64,000 bases of DNA from an uncultured Candidatus Peribacteria bacterium (GTDB taxonomy: Bacteria; Patescibacteriota; Gracilibacteria; Peribacterales; Peribacteraceae), in assembly GCA_964624905.1 (NCBI GenBank), contig CAZUYK010000003.1:7923-71922 (forward strand), read 5' to 3'. The notes under the pieces were generated by a model. The model had not been told where the DNA came from, searched no databases, and saw nothing but the letters and a program-made list of their open reading frames with translations. Position numbers and translations under genes: made by a program. Of the stretch, positions 46,912 to 58,503 are shown in pieces (the stretch's first letter is position 1; each line of letters opens with the position of its first letter).

Positions 46912-47595
46912 ATGACATCCATGCTTTCACAACGTTTGGAAGAAGCACGCGGCTTGCTGGATATCGTCCTGCCGAAACCGGGACAAGGACAGAAGACCGA
47001 TTTCGTCGTCTTGAATTCCGGAAACGACGTCGTCGTCCGATGTCTGAACGATCGCCACTACAGCTTCCGCACGAAGGTCGCGAAGGGATTCGAAGCAAAT
47101 TTCGCCATCTCCGACGCCGAATGCGTCATATCGCTGCCGAGCAACATCGGCAGGATCGAAGTTGTTTCGAACCTGGAACACGACAAGGTCGTGATGCTGG
47201 AAATCGGCGGCCGTAATCCGGCCTGCAACTGCGGTCGGTGCAACACGCTGACCGTCCGACTTCCGTCGATCCGCACCGGCTTCGTGACCAACCTCGATCA
47301 ACCGATCAGCAGCATGCAGCCGTTCAACCTCGGCGAATTGCTGCCGGCCGGTGGCTTCATGGGCGGTAGCTCGCCGTTCGCCGAAATGTTTGGCGGCGGA
47401 GGAGGCGTTCACGTCATCGACCTCGGCGAATTGCTCGGCGGGGGCGAAGGCGATCTCGGCAAGATGCTCGACGAAAGCGGCTTGGGCATGTTGCTCAGCC
47501 GTCTCGGTCGCGGTCGCCGCGGTCACAGCGCTTCGGCCGAGCCCGGTCGTAACGGCAGCCGTCGCGAAACCGCCGGCTCCGGCGCGAAGAGTTAG
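46912..47595 (+). CDS. hypothetical protein with Gly-rich C-terminal half
   Basis: AAGGA lies 10 nt before the ATG at 46912. The N-terminal half is beta-rich. A long antisense shadow ORF exists, so the strand choice is not certain. Confidence 0.5.
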   Translation: MTSMLSQRLEEARGLLDIVLPKPGQGQKTDFVVLNSGNDVVVRCLNDRHYSFRTKVAKGFEANFAISDAECVISLPSNIGRIEVVSNLEHDKVVMLEIGGRNPACNCGRCNTLTVRLPSIRTGFVTNLDQPISSMQPFNLGELLPAGGFMGGSSPFAEMFGGGGGVHVIDLGELLGGGEGDLGKMLDESGLGMLLSRLGRGRRGHSASAEPGRNGSRRETAGSGAKS

Positions 47596-47627
47596 TAGCA
47601 AAAATATCTTCATCCTTGGATGAAGGT

Positions 47628-47653
47628 GGGAAAATCGTAGCTCCCCTACGATT
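47628..47653 (-). terminator. rho-independent terminator after 47675..47926
   Basis: Minus strand AATCGTAG-gggag-CTACGATT followed by TTTCCC. Confidence 0.5.
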
Positions 47654-47674
47654 TCTCGTGCCTGAAAATCAGCT

Positions 47675-47926
47675 TTAGCCTTCCTTTGCCTTCTTCGCCA
47701 ATGCGGCGACGGCGCGGAAGACCTTTTCCACGCTCTCCTCGTCCATGCCGCGCTCGGTGGCGGATTCCACCATCAGGTCGACATCGTCGTGTTCGGACGC
47801 ATCGGAATCATCCTTCTCTTCCTCCTCTTCTTCATCCGCATCGGCATAGAGCAGCGTGAGCTCCTCGAGGGCATCGAGGATGACTGCGTACTGCTTCATG
47901 GTTTCCTGGTGGAGATCTTTGCCCAT
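47675..47926 (-). CDS. small acidic protein
   Basis: 83 aa with the central run DADEEEEEEKDDSDASEHDDVD, followed by a terminator. Confidence 0.5.
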   Translation of the reverse strand: MGKDLHQETMKQYAVILDALEELTLLYADADEEEEEEKDDSDASEHDDVDLMVESATERGMDEESVEKVFRAVAALAKKAKEG

Positions 47927-47928
47927 AA

Positions 47929-50217
<2,289 letters not shown>

Positions 50218-50223
50218 TCCCCT

Positions 50224-50688
50224 TCAGTACTTGCGCTGGTATTTTCCGCGCTCGAGGTCCTTCAGGATGTCGTGCACGAACATCATGCACTGGAGATTCT
50301 GGGAACACACTTCGAACGCCATCATATCGCGCTCTTCCAAAGCGTCCTGTTCGCGCCATCGGTCGCACTTCTGATGCGCGTCACTGATCCTTTGCTGGAG
50401 ATACATCCGGGCCGCCAGCACCTCCTTCGCAAGAAGACAGATGGTGATCCTCTCTTTTACTTCGCCCCGGGCGTCATCGACAATCTGCTTTCTCTCTTCC
50501 CGGCGCTCGGCCTCGCCGGGCAAGTCGCTGTCCTTGAAAATATCACCTGCCAGAAAGCGCGCGTCGACGCACTCGACGAGCGTATCCGCATACTCATCGA
50601 CGCCCCATACGTCCTCGGTATCGACGATCCTGTTCCGTGGAAGCATGCGCCTATGACACTCCCATAAACCAAATACGTCAAGATGCAT
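50224..50688 (-). CDS. hypothetical all-helical protein (possible HEPN-like Rx4H)
   Basis: 154 aa. RISDAH fits Rx4-6H. Otherwise unrecognised. Confidence 0.5.
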   Translation of the reverse strand: MHLDVFGLWECHRRMLPRNRIVDTEDVWGVDEYADTLVECVDARFLAGDIFKDSDLPGEAERREERKQIVDDARGEVKERITICLLAKEVLAARMYLQQRISDAHQKCDRWREQDALEERDMMAFEVCSQNLQCMMFVHDILKDLERGKYQRKY

Positions 50689-50732
50689 GCGATTGGCATG
50701 TCCTGGCGCCGTAACTCCTGTATCCTAGGGCC

Positions 50733-51620
50733 ATGAACTTCCTCCAGGACCATTTCTCGGCTTTCACGGATTTCCAGTTGCTCGACACGGGCGACGGATA
50801 CCGCCTGGAACAATGGGGACCCTACCGCCTCGCGCGACCGGATCCCCAGATCATCTGGAACAAGCACCTGGACGACAACGAATGGAACGCCTGCGACGCC
50901 CGGTATGAAACCCGCGGGGACAAAGGCAACTGGAACATGATCACGAAGATGCCCGCGTCCTGGCCGATCAAGTACGACGTGCCGGGAACGTCGACGCAGC
51001 TCTCGTTCAAGGCGCGCCTCACGCCGTTCAAGCACACGGGAGTGTTCGCAGAGCAGGCGGCGAACTGGGAGTGGATGGCCAAGAAGCTGGACGGAAAGAA
51101 GGGACGCAAGATCCTGAACCTGTTCGGATACACCGGCGCGGCGAGCGTGATGCTCACGGCGCTCGGACACAGCGTGACGCACGTGGACGCCAGCAAGCCG
51201 GCGATCGGTTGGGCGAAGGAAAACCAGGAACTGAACAAGCTCCCTGCGGATTCCATCCGTTGGATACTGGACGACGCGTCCAAGTTCGTGATGCGCGAGA
51301 TCAAGCGCGGCCAGAAGTACGACGGCATCATCATGGATCCTCCGGCGTTCGGACACTCCCCCGACGGACGCACGTGGAAATTCAACGACGACGTGCCGAA
51401 TCTTTTGAGCGATTGCGTGGAACTGCTGACGGATGACGCGGATTTCCTGATCATCAACGGATACGCGACGAACTCCTCGGCGATCGCATTGAAGAACCTG
51501 CTGGAAGACGCGACGGCGAAGAAAAAAGGAAAACTGGAATACGGCGAACTGTGCCTGGAGCAGAAGGACAAACGGCTGATCTCCACGGGCATCTTCGCAC
51601 GCTGGTCGCAGGCGATGTAA
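50733..51620 (+). CDS. class I SAM-dependent (RlmI/YwbD-like) methyltransferase
   Basis: ILNLFGYTGAASV..VTHVDAS...YDGIIMDPPAFG. Confidence 0.85.
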   Translation: MNFLQDHFSAFTDFQLLDTGDGYRLEQWGPYRLARPDPQIIWNKHLDDNEWNACDARYETRGDKGNWNMITKMPASWPIKYDVPGTSTQLSFKARLTPFKHTGVFAEQAANWEWMAKKLDGKKGRKILNLFGYTGAASVMLTALGHSVTHVDASKPAIGWAKENQELNKLPADSIRWILDDASKFVMREIKRGQKYDGIIMDPPAFGHSPDGRTWKFNDDVPNLLSDCVELLTDDADFLIINGYATNSSAIALKNLLEDATAKKKGKLEYGELCLEQKDKRLISTGIFARWSQAM

Positions 51621-51651
51621 AAATAATCATACTTGGCAGCGTTCGGGCGAG

Positions 51652-51660
51652 TGCTACTGT
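51652..51660 (+). promoter_or_regulatory. extended -10-like element TGcTACTGT, 6 nt before the ATG at 51667 (leaderless)
   Basis: TGCTACTGT-TTGGTC-ATG. Confidence 0.35.
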
Positions 51661-51666
51661 TTGGTC

Positions 51667-52419
51667 ATGTCGAACGCCCTCAAAGGGAGCGATTCCGGCA
51701 GACACTCAAAATCAAACGAACACCACAATATTCCCTGTTCCCGCGGAGGCAGCGACCACGACGTGAATATTTCGGACGTGCCGAAAAGCCGGCATGCCGA
51801 TTTCCACCAGTGGGCATCGAACCGGGATCCGGGACAACTGGCACGCCACATCGCGCTTCATTCCCTTGGCAAAGGGGAATCCAGCATCGGCAATGACAGG
51901 CTCAATACCCTTTTCCAAATCACAACCCTGCTGCAATGGTCCAACCTCTACGACGCGCATGCGTTCCGCCCGTCGGTGGACGTGTCGGGATACGCGTCCA
52001 TGCTGACGGCGTTCGCGCATTTCAAAACGCAGATCATGGAAGAAATCGTATGGGTTCGCAAAACGATCGAGACACTGAACGGAAACGGCGACTTCCCGAC
52101 GAATAATCACACCCTTCTTCCGCTGGCCCTCGGCTTCTTCGGGACAAAAAGCCCGAGCAAGGCGATAGAGGGACTGATGACGGAGGAGCATTACGGCATG
52201 CTCTCGTGGGTGAAGCCGATGAAGACGGAAACGCGCGATGCCATCCTTGCGACGGTTCGCACGCACAAGGGACGCAATGATTCGAAGGAAAACACACTCT
52301 CGATATTGGGCATCCAGGAAAAACACCTCGTGCACGCGGACAAGCTGATCGACAAGGTGTTCTCGTTGAACGGCATCGCATTCGAACCGCCGCCCGAGCC
52401 GCGATCACCTCAGTGCTGA
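51667..52419 (+). CDS. HNH-like N-terminal motif protein with unknown C-terminal domain
   Basis: EHHNIPCSRGGSDHDVNISDVPKSRHADFHQW fits an HNH (HH..P.SRGGS....N....H..FH) core without Zn-knuckle Cys residues. It is followed by about 180 aa that I cannot assign. Confidence 0.6.
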   Translation: MSNALKGSDSGRHSKSNEHHNIPCSRGGSDHDVNISDVPKSRHADFHQWASNRDPGQLARHIALHSLGKGESSIGNDRLNTLFQITTLLQWSNLYDAHAFRPSVDVSGYASMLTAFAHFKTQIMEEIVWVRKTIETLNGNGDFPTNNHTLLPLALGFFGTKSPSKAIEGLMTEEHYGMLSWVKPMKTETRDAILATVRTHKGRNDSKENTLSILGIQEKHLVHADKLIDKVFSLNGIAFEPPPEPRSPQC

Positions 52420-52436
52420 GGGACAACCCACGCTCC

Positions 52437-53054
52437 TTACATGAGATCCAAGAGCATGACTGCGGCCATCAGGGCCATGCCGAAATCCTCGATGATGGTT
52501 ACTTTCGTGAGGGGGACCTTGATGAACGTACCAAGGCATGCGCACTGGAATTTCCTTTTCTGCATGACGCTTTGCACGACGCCGATGCCGCTGAATGACA
52601 TGAGGACCAATGCGAACCAGTTGGTGAAAAGGGGTTCGAAGCGGGTGAGATACGCGAGTCCGAGCAGCAATTCAAGGAACGGATACACGTAGCCGTACGC
52701 CTTCACGCGGCGGGCGAGCAGATCGTACGTGGAATACCCCTCCGCGAAACCCGGGACATCCAGCAACTTCAGGCCCGAGAAAACCAAAAAGAAACCCGCC
52801 ATGAAATTCTGCATCGCGTCCGTCCAATGCGATGGCGTGACGAGGGACACCGCGATCACAGGAAGAAGGATAAGCCCCACGATGATGAAGAGCGGCCTGT
52901 AGGTAGCGAAGAATCCTTCGGTCACCTCCACTGAATGATGGGCGCTGTTCGCCGCATCGTTTTCGGGAACCAATTGCATGCCGCCGCATTTGGGGCACGT
53001 TCCCGGGTGATCCTGGCGAATCTCGGGGTGCATGGGGCAAACGTACATGGTCAT
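52437..53054 (-). CDS. heavy-metal-binding (CPMHPE) domain fused to MauE/DoxX-like membrane domain
   Basis: Start at MTMYVCPMHPEIRQDHPGTCPKCGGMQLV, then 4 TM helices with an internal CAC. Confidence 0.7.
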   Translation of the reverse strand: MTMYVCPMHPEIRQDHPGTCPKCGGMQLVPENDAANSAHHSVEVTEGFFATYRPLFIIVGLILLPVIAVSLVTPSHWTDAMQNFMAGFFLVFSGLKLLDVPGFAEGYSTYDLLARRVKAYGYVYPFLELLLGLAYLTRFEPLFTNWFALVLMSFSGIGVVQSVMQKRKFQCACLGTFIKVPLTKVTIIEDFGMALMAAVMLLDLM

Positions 53055-53077
53055 GGGAAGGGGTGGAAACGCCGGGA

Positions 53078-53086
53078 AGTATAGCA
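53078..53086 (-). promoter_or_regulatory. extended -10 element TGcTATACT
   Basis: The reverse complement of 53078-53086 lies about 23 nt upstream of the ATG at 53054. Confidence 0.4.
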
Positions 53087-53212
53087 TTTGCTGGGTTTTT
53101 GAGGCTATTTCAATCCGAAGAAAAATGTGGCAGCCTTGATTTTTAGGCGAGAAATCGCTATTCAATGCCCCTGCAAACGCAGTTTTAGGCGCTTGCTCTT
53201 CCTTATTGTCCC

Positions 53213-54547
53213 ATGAGACTGACAAAAATGGTGTGTACCCTCGGACCCACCTCCAACTCCCCCGAAGGAATCCGCGCGCTTGCGAAGGCCGGCATGAACG
53301 TCGCTCGTCTCAATTTCTCGCACGGAACGGTGCAGAGCCAGCAGGAAGTCCTGCAGCGCGTGAAAGCCGTGAACGCCGAGGGCGAATTCACGCTTGGTAT
53401 CCTCCTGGATACGAAGGGCGCGGAAATCCGCACGGGCGAAGTCACCGAGCCGATCATCGTCGTGCCGGGACAGGAAGTCCTCTTCTCCTTCGAGGAGATC
53501 GCGAACCCCGACCTAACGGTCATCCGCGTGAACTACAAGGAATTCAGCCAGGACGTGAAGAAGGCCGAGTGCATCCTCGTCGACAACGGCGAGACGATCT
53601 TTGACGTCATCGAGGTCCGTGCCGACGGAGCTGTACACGCAAAGAGCCGTGACAACGGCAAGATCGGTTCCCGCCGCCACATTAACCTTCCGGGCGCGGA
53701 CGTGTCCCTTCCGTCCCTCATGCCGACCGATTGGGAAGCCATCGAGATGGGATGCAAGGAAGACGCCGACTTCGTCGCATTGTCCTTCATCCGCCGCGGA
53801 GACGAGATCCCCGAGGTGCGCGAATTCATCAAGAAGCACGGCGGCACCATGAAGATCATCACGAAGGTGGAGACGCGCCAGTCGGTGGAAGACATCGAGG
53901 CCGTCATCCGCGAGTCCGACGGCATCATGGTGGCCCGCGGCGACCTGGGAGCGGAAATGCCCTTCGAGAAAATCCCCCGCGTCCAAAACGACATCGTCGA
54001 CCGCTGCATCAAGGCCGGAAAGCCGGTGATCGTCGCCACGCACATGTTGGAAAGCATGATCCAGAACCCCATCCCGACTCGCGCCGAAGTGACGGACGTG
54101 TTCCATGCGGCGGAAACGTACGCAGACTCAACGATGCTCTCGGGCGAGTCCGCGAACGGCAAATACCCCTTCAAGTCCGCCGAATCCATGGCGAAGATCC
54201 TCGTGGAAGCCGAATCGACGAAGCAGCGCGGATCCATCGTGGAGCGCGCGCCGCACCACTCCGACGCCATGCGCATCATCAACGAAGCGAAGGCCGACGA
54301 CGTGGAAGCGATCGTGATCTCGACTGAAACGGAAGAATTGCCCGCGGCCATCTCGGCCCTGCGCCCGAACATGCCCATCGTCGTCTGCTCCGGCAACGCG
54401 AAGATCCTGCGCATGCTCCAGTTGCGCTTCGCCATCTATCCCGTCGCAGGCAGCGACCTCTCCGGAGCCAAGAAGTGGCTGAAGGCCGGAACCAAGGTGG
54501 TCACCGCTTCCGCGGACAACCCGGCCCCCTCGGTCGTCACCCTCTGA
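53213..54547 (+). CDS. pyk: pyruvate kinase
   Basis: TKMVCTLGPTS, NVARLNFSHG, MVARGDLG and full-length organisation. Confidence 0.95.
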   Translation: MRLTKMVCTLGPTSNSPEGIRALAKAGMNVARLNFSHGTVQSQQEVLQRVKAVNAEGEFTLGILLDTKGAEIRTGEVTEPIIVVPGQEVLFSFEEIANPDLTVIRVNYKEFSQDVKKAECILVDNGETIFDVIEVRADGAVHAKSRDNGKIGSRRHINLPGADVSLPSLMPTDWEAIEMGCKEDADFVALSFIRRGDEIPEVREFIKKHGGTMKIITKVETRQSVEDIEAVIRESDGIMVARGDLGAEMPFEKIPRVQNDIVDRCIKAGKPVIVATHMLESMIQNPIPTRAEVTDVFHAAETYADSTMLSGESANGKYPFKSAESMAKILVEAESTKQRGSIVERAPHHSDAMRIINEAKADDVEAIVISTETEELPAAISALRPNMPIVVCSGNAKILRMLQLRFAIYPVAGSDLSGAKKWLKAGTKVVTASADNPAPSVVTL

Positions 54548-54583
54548 TCTCCTACACACCTACTTCCTACCTCCTAACATCAC

Positions 54584-55849
54584 ATGCCTACCATCGTCTC
54601 CCTCAAGGCCCGACAAATCCTCGACTCCCGCGGCAACCCCACGGTGGAAGTCGACTGCATGCTCGATGACGGTTCCTTCGGCCGCGCGGCCGTGCCGTCC
54701 GGAGCATCCACCGGTTCGCACGAAGCGCTCGAGCTGCGCGACGGCGACAAGTCCGTTTACCTCGGCAAATCCGTCCTGAAGGCCGTGGAGAACGTGAACA
54801 CGGCGATCGCCAACGAATTGAAGGGAAAGGACGTCTCCGACCAGCGCGCCATCGACGCCGCCATGCTCGCCCTGGACGGAACGCCGAACAAGTCCAAGCT
54901 GGGAGCCAATGCCATCCTGGGCGCTTCCATGGCCGTCTCCAAGGCCCGCGCCGCCAGCGAGAAACTGCCGCTCTACGCTTCGCTCGCGAAGCAGTTCGGC
55001 GTGGCCGACACGACGCTGCTCCCCGTCCCCTTGATGAACGTCATCAACGGAGGCGCGCACGCGGACAGCGGACTCTCCTTCCAGGAGTGCATGCTCGTCC
55101 CCACGGATTTCAACACCTTCAGCGACGCGCTTCGCGCCGGAGCCGAGGTATTCCACAACCTCAAATCCATCCTGAAGGCCAAGGGTCACGTCACGGCCGT
55201 CGGCGATGAAGGAGGATTCGCCCCGCACCTCACGAACAGCGACGACGCGTTCGCCGTGCTGACGGAAGCGATCGAGAAGGCCGGCTACACGGGCCGCATC
55301 AAATTCGCCATCGACGCCGCCGCATCCGAGTTCTACAAGGACGGCATGTACCACATCGACGGGAAGACTCTCTCCTCCCAGGAACTCGTCGCCTACTACG
55401 AAGCGCTCTGCGCCAAGTACCCGATCGTTTCCATCGAGGACAGCCACGCCGAGGATGACTGGGAAGGTTTCCAGACGATGGTGCAAAAGATGGAAGGAAA
55501 GGTGCAGATCGTCGGAGACGACTTGCTCGTCACGAACGTCCAGCGCATCGAGAAGGCCATCGGCTCCAAGGCCGCGTCCAGCGTGCTCATCAAGCTGAAC
55601 CAGATCGGATCCGTTTCCGAGACCGTCGACGCCATCCAGATGGCGCAGAAGGCCGGATGGACCGCCATCTCCAGCCACCGCTCCGGAGAAACCGAAGACA
55701 CCTTCATCGCGGATCTCGCGGTGGGACTCGGCACGGGACAAATCAAGACCGGTTCCCTCTCCCGCACGGACCGCATCTGCAAGTACAACCAGCTCCTGCG
55801 CATCGAGGAAGAACTCGGTTCCAAGGCCCGCTACGTGAGCCCGTTCTAA
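54584..55849 (+). CDS. eno: enolase
   Basis: [21 protein letters not shown] and [23 protein letters not shown]. Confidence 0.97.
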   Translation: MPTIVSLKARQILDSRGNPTVEVDCMLDDGSFGRAAVPSGASTGSHEALELRDGDKSVYLGKSVLKAVENVNTAIANELKGKDVSDQRAIDAAMLALDGTPNKSKLGANAILGASMAVSKARAASEKLPLYASLAKQFGVADTTLLPVPLMNVINGGAHADSGLSFQECMLVPTDFNTFSDALRAGAEVFHNLKSILKAKGHVTAVGDEGGFAPHLTNSDDAFAVLTEAIEKAGYTGRIKFAIDAAASEFYKDGMYHIDGKTLSSQELVAYYEALCAKYPIVSIEDSHAEDDWEGFQTMVQKMEGKVQIVGDDLLVTNVQRIEKAIGSKAASSVLIKLNQIGSVSETVDAIQMAQKAGWTAISSHRSGETEDTFIADLAVGLGTGQIKTGSLSRTDRICKYNQLLRIEEELGSKARYVSPF

Positions 55850-55870
55850 GCCAAACCGAACATCGAACTA

Positions 55871-55895
55871 AAAGCGCCCCTCGAGGGGCGCTTTT
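55871..55895. terminator. bidirectional rho-independent terminator
   Basis: AAAGCGCCCCTCGAGGGGCGCTTTT is a perfect palindrome. Confidence 0.8.
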
Positions 55896-55926
55896 CAATA
55901 TCAATCGTAAGATGCGGTGATGACGC

Positions 55927-56643
55927 TCAGTAGGCGGGCACAGCGACGCGGCTGTGTCCGTGGTCACTGACCTTGGTTTCCTTCCTGTGGGCCTGGGGCA
56001 GAAGCTTCAGGATACGTTCGGCCATGATGCCGCGCACTTGTTCGATATCGCCCAGGGCGTCGATAAGCAGGAGTTTGTCGCGCTCCGCGAAGCGGGGAAG
56101 GACCACGTCCTTCAGCATCTTCCCATCATCCAGGCGCCTGCTTCGCTTTTCCGGATCAATATCTTCAGGACGGGGAATTCTGCCCTCTTCAATCGCCTTC
56201 TCTCCGCGCTTGATCATACGCTCTTCCGCCACCTCCGCGGGAACATCGAGGAACACCATGATGTCCTTCCTGCCGAGCTCGTCCATGAGATCCATGTACG
56301 GTCCCGTCTGATCCTCCGTGCGCGGCGCGCCGTCGATCACGGCGATCGCCCTTCTATCGATCTCGCGGATCCACTGCCAGATGTTATCGTTGATAATCTC
56401 CGCGGGGACCATGATGCCGTTCTCCTGGTACTGCTGGCAGACGAGTCCGAACTCGGTTCCTTCCTCTTTCTCCCTGCGAATACGATCGCCCGTCCCCAGG
56501 TAGGAATACTGCAAGCCGCGTTCTTTGATCTGCTGTTCCAGGTATTCGTTCGCGGTCCCCTTGCCGGAGCCCGGAAGGCCGGAAATGCAGATGGTATCGA
56601 TGGTCTGGGCGTCGTCGGACGCCATATTGACGGTTTGATGCAT
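55927..56643 (-). CDS. adenylate kinase-like nucleoside monophosphate kinase
   Basis: P-loop GLPGSGKGT and an adk-like core with a long C-terminal extension. The start (56643 or 56625) is uncertain. Confidence 0.7.
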   Translation of the reverse strand: MHQTVNMASDDAQTIDTICISGLPGSGKGTANEYLEQQIKERGLQYSYLGTGDRIRREKEEGTEFGLVCQQYQENGIMVPAEIINDNIWQWIREIDRRAIAVIDGAPRTEDQTGPYMDLMDELGRKDIMVFLDVPAEVAEERMIKRGEKAIEEGRIPRPEDIDPEKRSRRLDDGKMLKDVVLPRFAERDKLLLIDALGDIEQVRGIMAERILKLLPQAHRKETKVSDHGHSRVAVPAY

Positions 56644-56787
56644 AACAATGACGGAAAATGGAGAATGCACGCGGAACCGGCATTCCGACGCCGCGCGAGC
56701 AGAGCTTGTACCTTTTGGCCAAATTAATTGCAAGGGTTTTTTGGCCCAAGTGAGCTGTTTTCCCCTAGTTTTGCCATCGAGGAAGCC

Positions 56788-57378
56788 TTAATCCGTCACC
56801 ATCACGTACTCGAAGTGCGAGTAGCAGGCCGGAGCCCCGCCGCCCGCGGGTTCGTAGTCGCGATTCAACGTGATGGTCACGAGATTGCGCGGATTGGATT
56901 TGAGGATGACCGCGGAGTCGGCGGCACTGATTGTGCGCGGAGACATGTACGTATCCGCATCCGCCACCTCGCTCACGATCGTCTTGCCATCGCCGGACAC
57001 GCAGCCAAGACCGATCATCCCCCGACCCGCGTAGGAATTTCCTTCGTTATCGCCGAGGAATTCCCGCAGGGCCGCCGTCTCGCCATCGGTGATGTTGAAA
57101 AATACATACTGGTACGTCTTGCAATTGCTCTCGCAGAACGGCTCCCTCGCTTCCCTCTTCGTCACGTATCCGGTGAGTGTCACCATGCCGAGGTAGCCCT
57201 TGTCCGTCCTTCGGAATTCACCGGCATCCCAAGACGGCGACGAAGACGCGACGCGGGAGGCGGCAGGGTTTGACGACGCGGAAGAAGACGACGAAGAACC
57301 GCCATCGGTCGAAGCACCCCAGCATCCGGAAAGAAGCAGGAGACTGAGAAGGCCGGCGGAAGAGGGCGAAAAACGCAT
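56788..57378 (-). CDS. lipoprotein with Ser-rich linker, unknown function
   Basis: Lipobox LLLSGC, then GGSSSSSSASS. Confidence 0.65.
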   Translation of the reverse strand: MRFSPSSAGLLSLLLLSGCWGASTDGGSSSSSSASSNPAASRVASSSPSWDAGEFRRTDKGYLGMVTLTGYVTKREAREPFCESNCKTYQYVFFNITDGETAALREFLGDNEGNSYAGRGMIGLGCVSGDGKTIVSEVADADTYMSPRTISAADSAVILKSNPRNLVTITLNRDYEPAGGGAPACYSHFEYVMVTD

Positions 57379-57466
57379 AGGGAGAGATTGGTGATACTAA
57401 GACGGACGGTACGGCGAACTATGACAAGAATCAAGCAAAGCCCTGATTTAAGCCTTTTTCTCATTA

Positions 57467-57495
57467 TTCACATATAACAATAAATATGTTATAAT
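57467..57495 (+). promoter_or_regulatory. near-consensus sigma70 promoter TTCACA-17-TGtTATAAT
   Basis: -35 at 57467-72 and extended -10 at 57487-95. The ATG at 57505 is 9 nt downstream. It overlaps the inverted repeat TATAACA-7-TGTTATA. Confidence 0.55.
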
Positions 57496-57504
57496 TATAC
57501 ATTA

Positions 57505-58401
57505 ATGTTACAAACACTCTTCACCCTCTTCTCGGTCGTCTTCATCATCTGGGTCGTGTTCGGCACGGAGGCCGGTGATGCGAAAGGAGACAAAAAGAAA
57601 TCCGATGGAAAAGGCGGCGGTCTGCTGATCGGTTTGCTGTTCGCGCCGTTCGTCCTCATCGGATGGCTGATGTTCGGACTGGGCCAGATGGCATTGGTCC
57701 TTGCGCAGGCGATCGCCGCGCTGTGGGAAATGATCACGCCGATGTTCCGCACGATCTTCGAATGGATCGGGAAACTGATCGAATGGATCGTGAAGATGAT
57801 CAAGGGACTCCTCAAGAACCTGGGCCCGATCTTACGCGGACTGGCCAAGACGATGCGCTACGCATTGCGCACGCTCTGGAACGCGGTCTCGGGGATTATC
57901 AGCGCCATCACGGGCTTCATCCGATCCGTCTTCTCGTTCATCGGCGATCTCATCCGCGATTTCCCGGGCTTGCTACGCACCATGGGCACCGTCCTGAAAC
58001 CACTCGCATGGCTGCTGAGGATGCTGCGCGACGCGTTCGGAACAATCCTCGATGCATTCTTTTTCCTGATAGGCGGGATGCTCGCATGGATCGGGATGCG
58101 CCACAAAAAGACGAAGGACTACGTCACCCGCGATATCGAGGAAACAGATCCGACCGACCCCGCGGATCTCCTGCTCGCCGTTCCGCTTGCGGTGGCCACC
58201 GGAGCGAAGCGCACGAAGAAACGGTTGAAGGAAACGAAAGAAAGAAGCGGCATCGGTTTGTTCCCGAAAACGGCACGCCTTGTGGCGACGAACCCGATGA
58301 AGAAGGGTATCACCCAGAAGAAAAAGGCCTCCGACCCGCACGTGATGAAGCGCCTCCAGCACATCGGCTGGGAGACCAGGCGGAAGATGGGAAGGGCATA
58401 A
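57505..58401 (+). CDS. membrane protein with amphipathic repeats, unknown function
   Basis: 298 aa with several TM or amphipathic helices and a basic C-terminal tail. Confidence 0.6.
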   Translation: MLQTLFTLFSVVFIIWVVFGTEAGDAKGDKKKSDGKGGGLLIGLLFAPFVLIGWLMFGLGQMALVLAQAIAALWEMITPMFRTIFEWIGKLIEWIVKMIKGLLKNLGPILRGLAKTMRYALRTLWNAVSGIISAITGFIRSVFSFIGDLIRDFPGLLRTMGTVLKPLAWLLRMLRDAFGTILDAFFFLIGGMLAWIGMRHKKTKDYVTRDIEETDPTDPADLLLAVPLAVATGAKRTKKRLKETKERSGIGLFPKTARLVATNPMKKGITQKKKASDPHVMKRLQHIGWETRRKMGRA

Positions 58402-58503
58402 GCCTGACTGTTTGTATTAGTATGGTAACGAGGGGGTTACTGAATTCTATATTTTGGCCTCCGAGTTTGGTACGAGTAAACATCGCAAAATGCTATTATC
58501 ACG

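Noticed and set aside
46927-47613. 228-aa minus-strand ORF that almost exactly mirrors 46912..47595.
   Set aside because: I preferred the plus strand. It has an AAGGA SD at the proper spacing, a varied beta-rich N-terminal half, and the minus product is Ala/Arg/Asp-rich. The choice is not certain without homology or expression data.
54560-55741. 393-aa minus-strand ORF.
   Set aside because: It is antisense to enolase.
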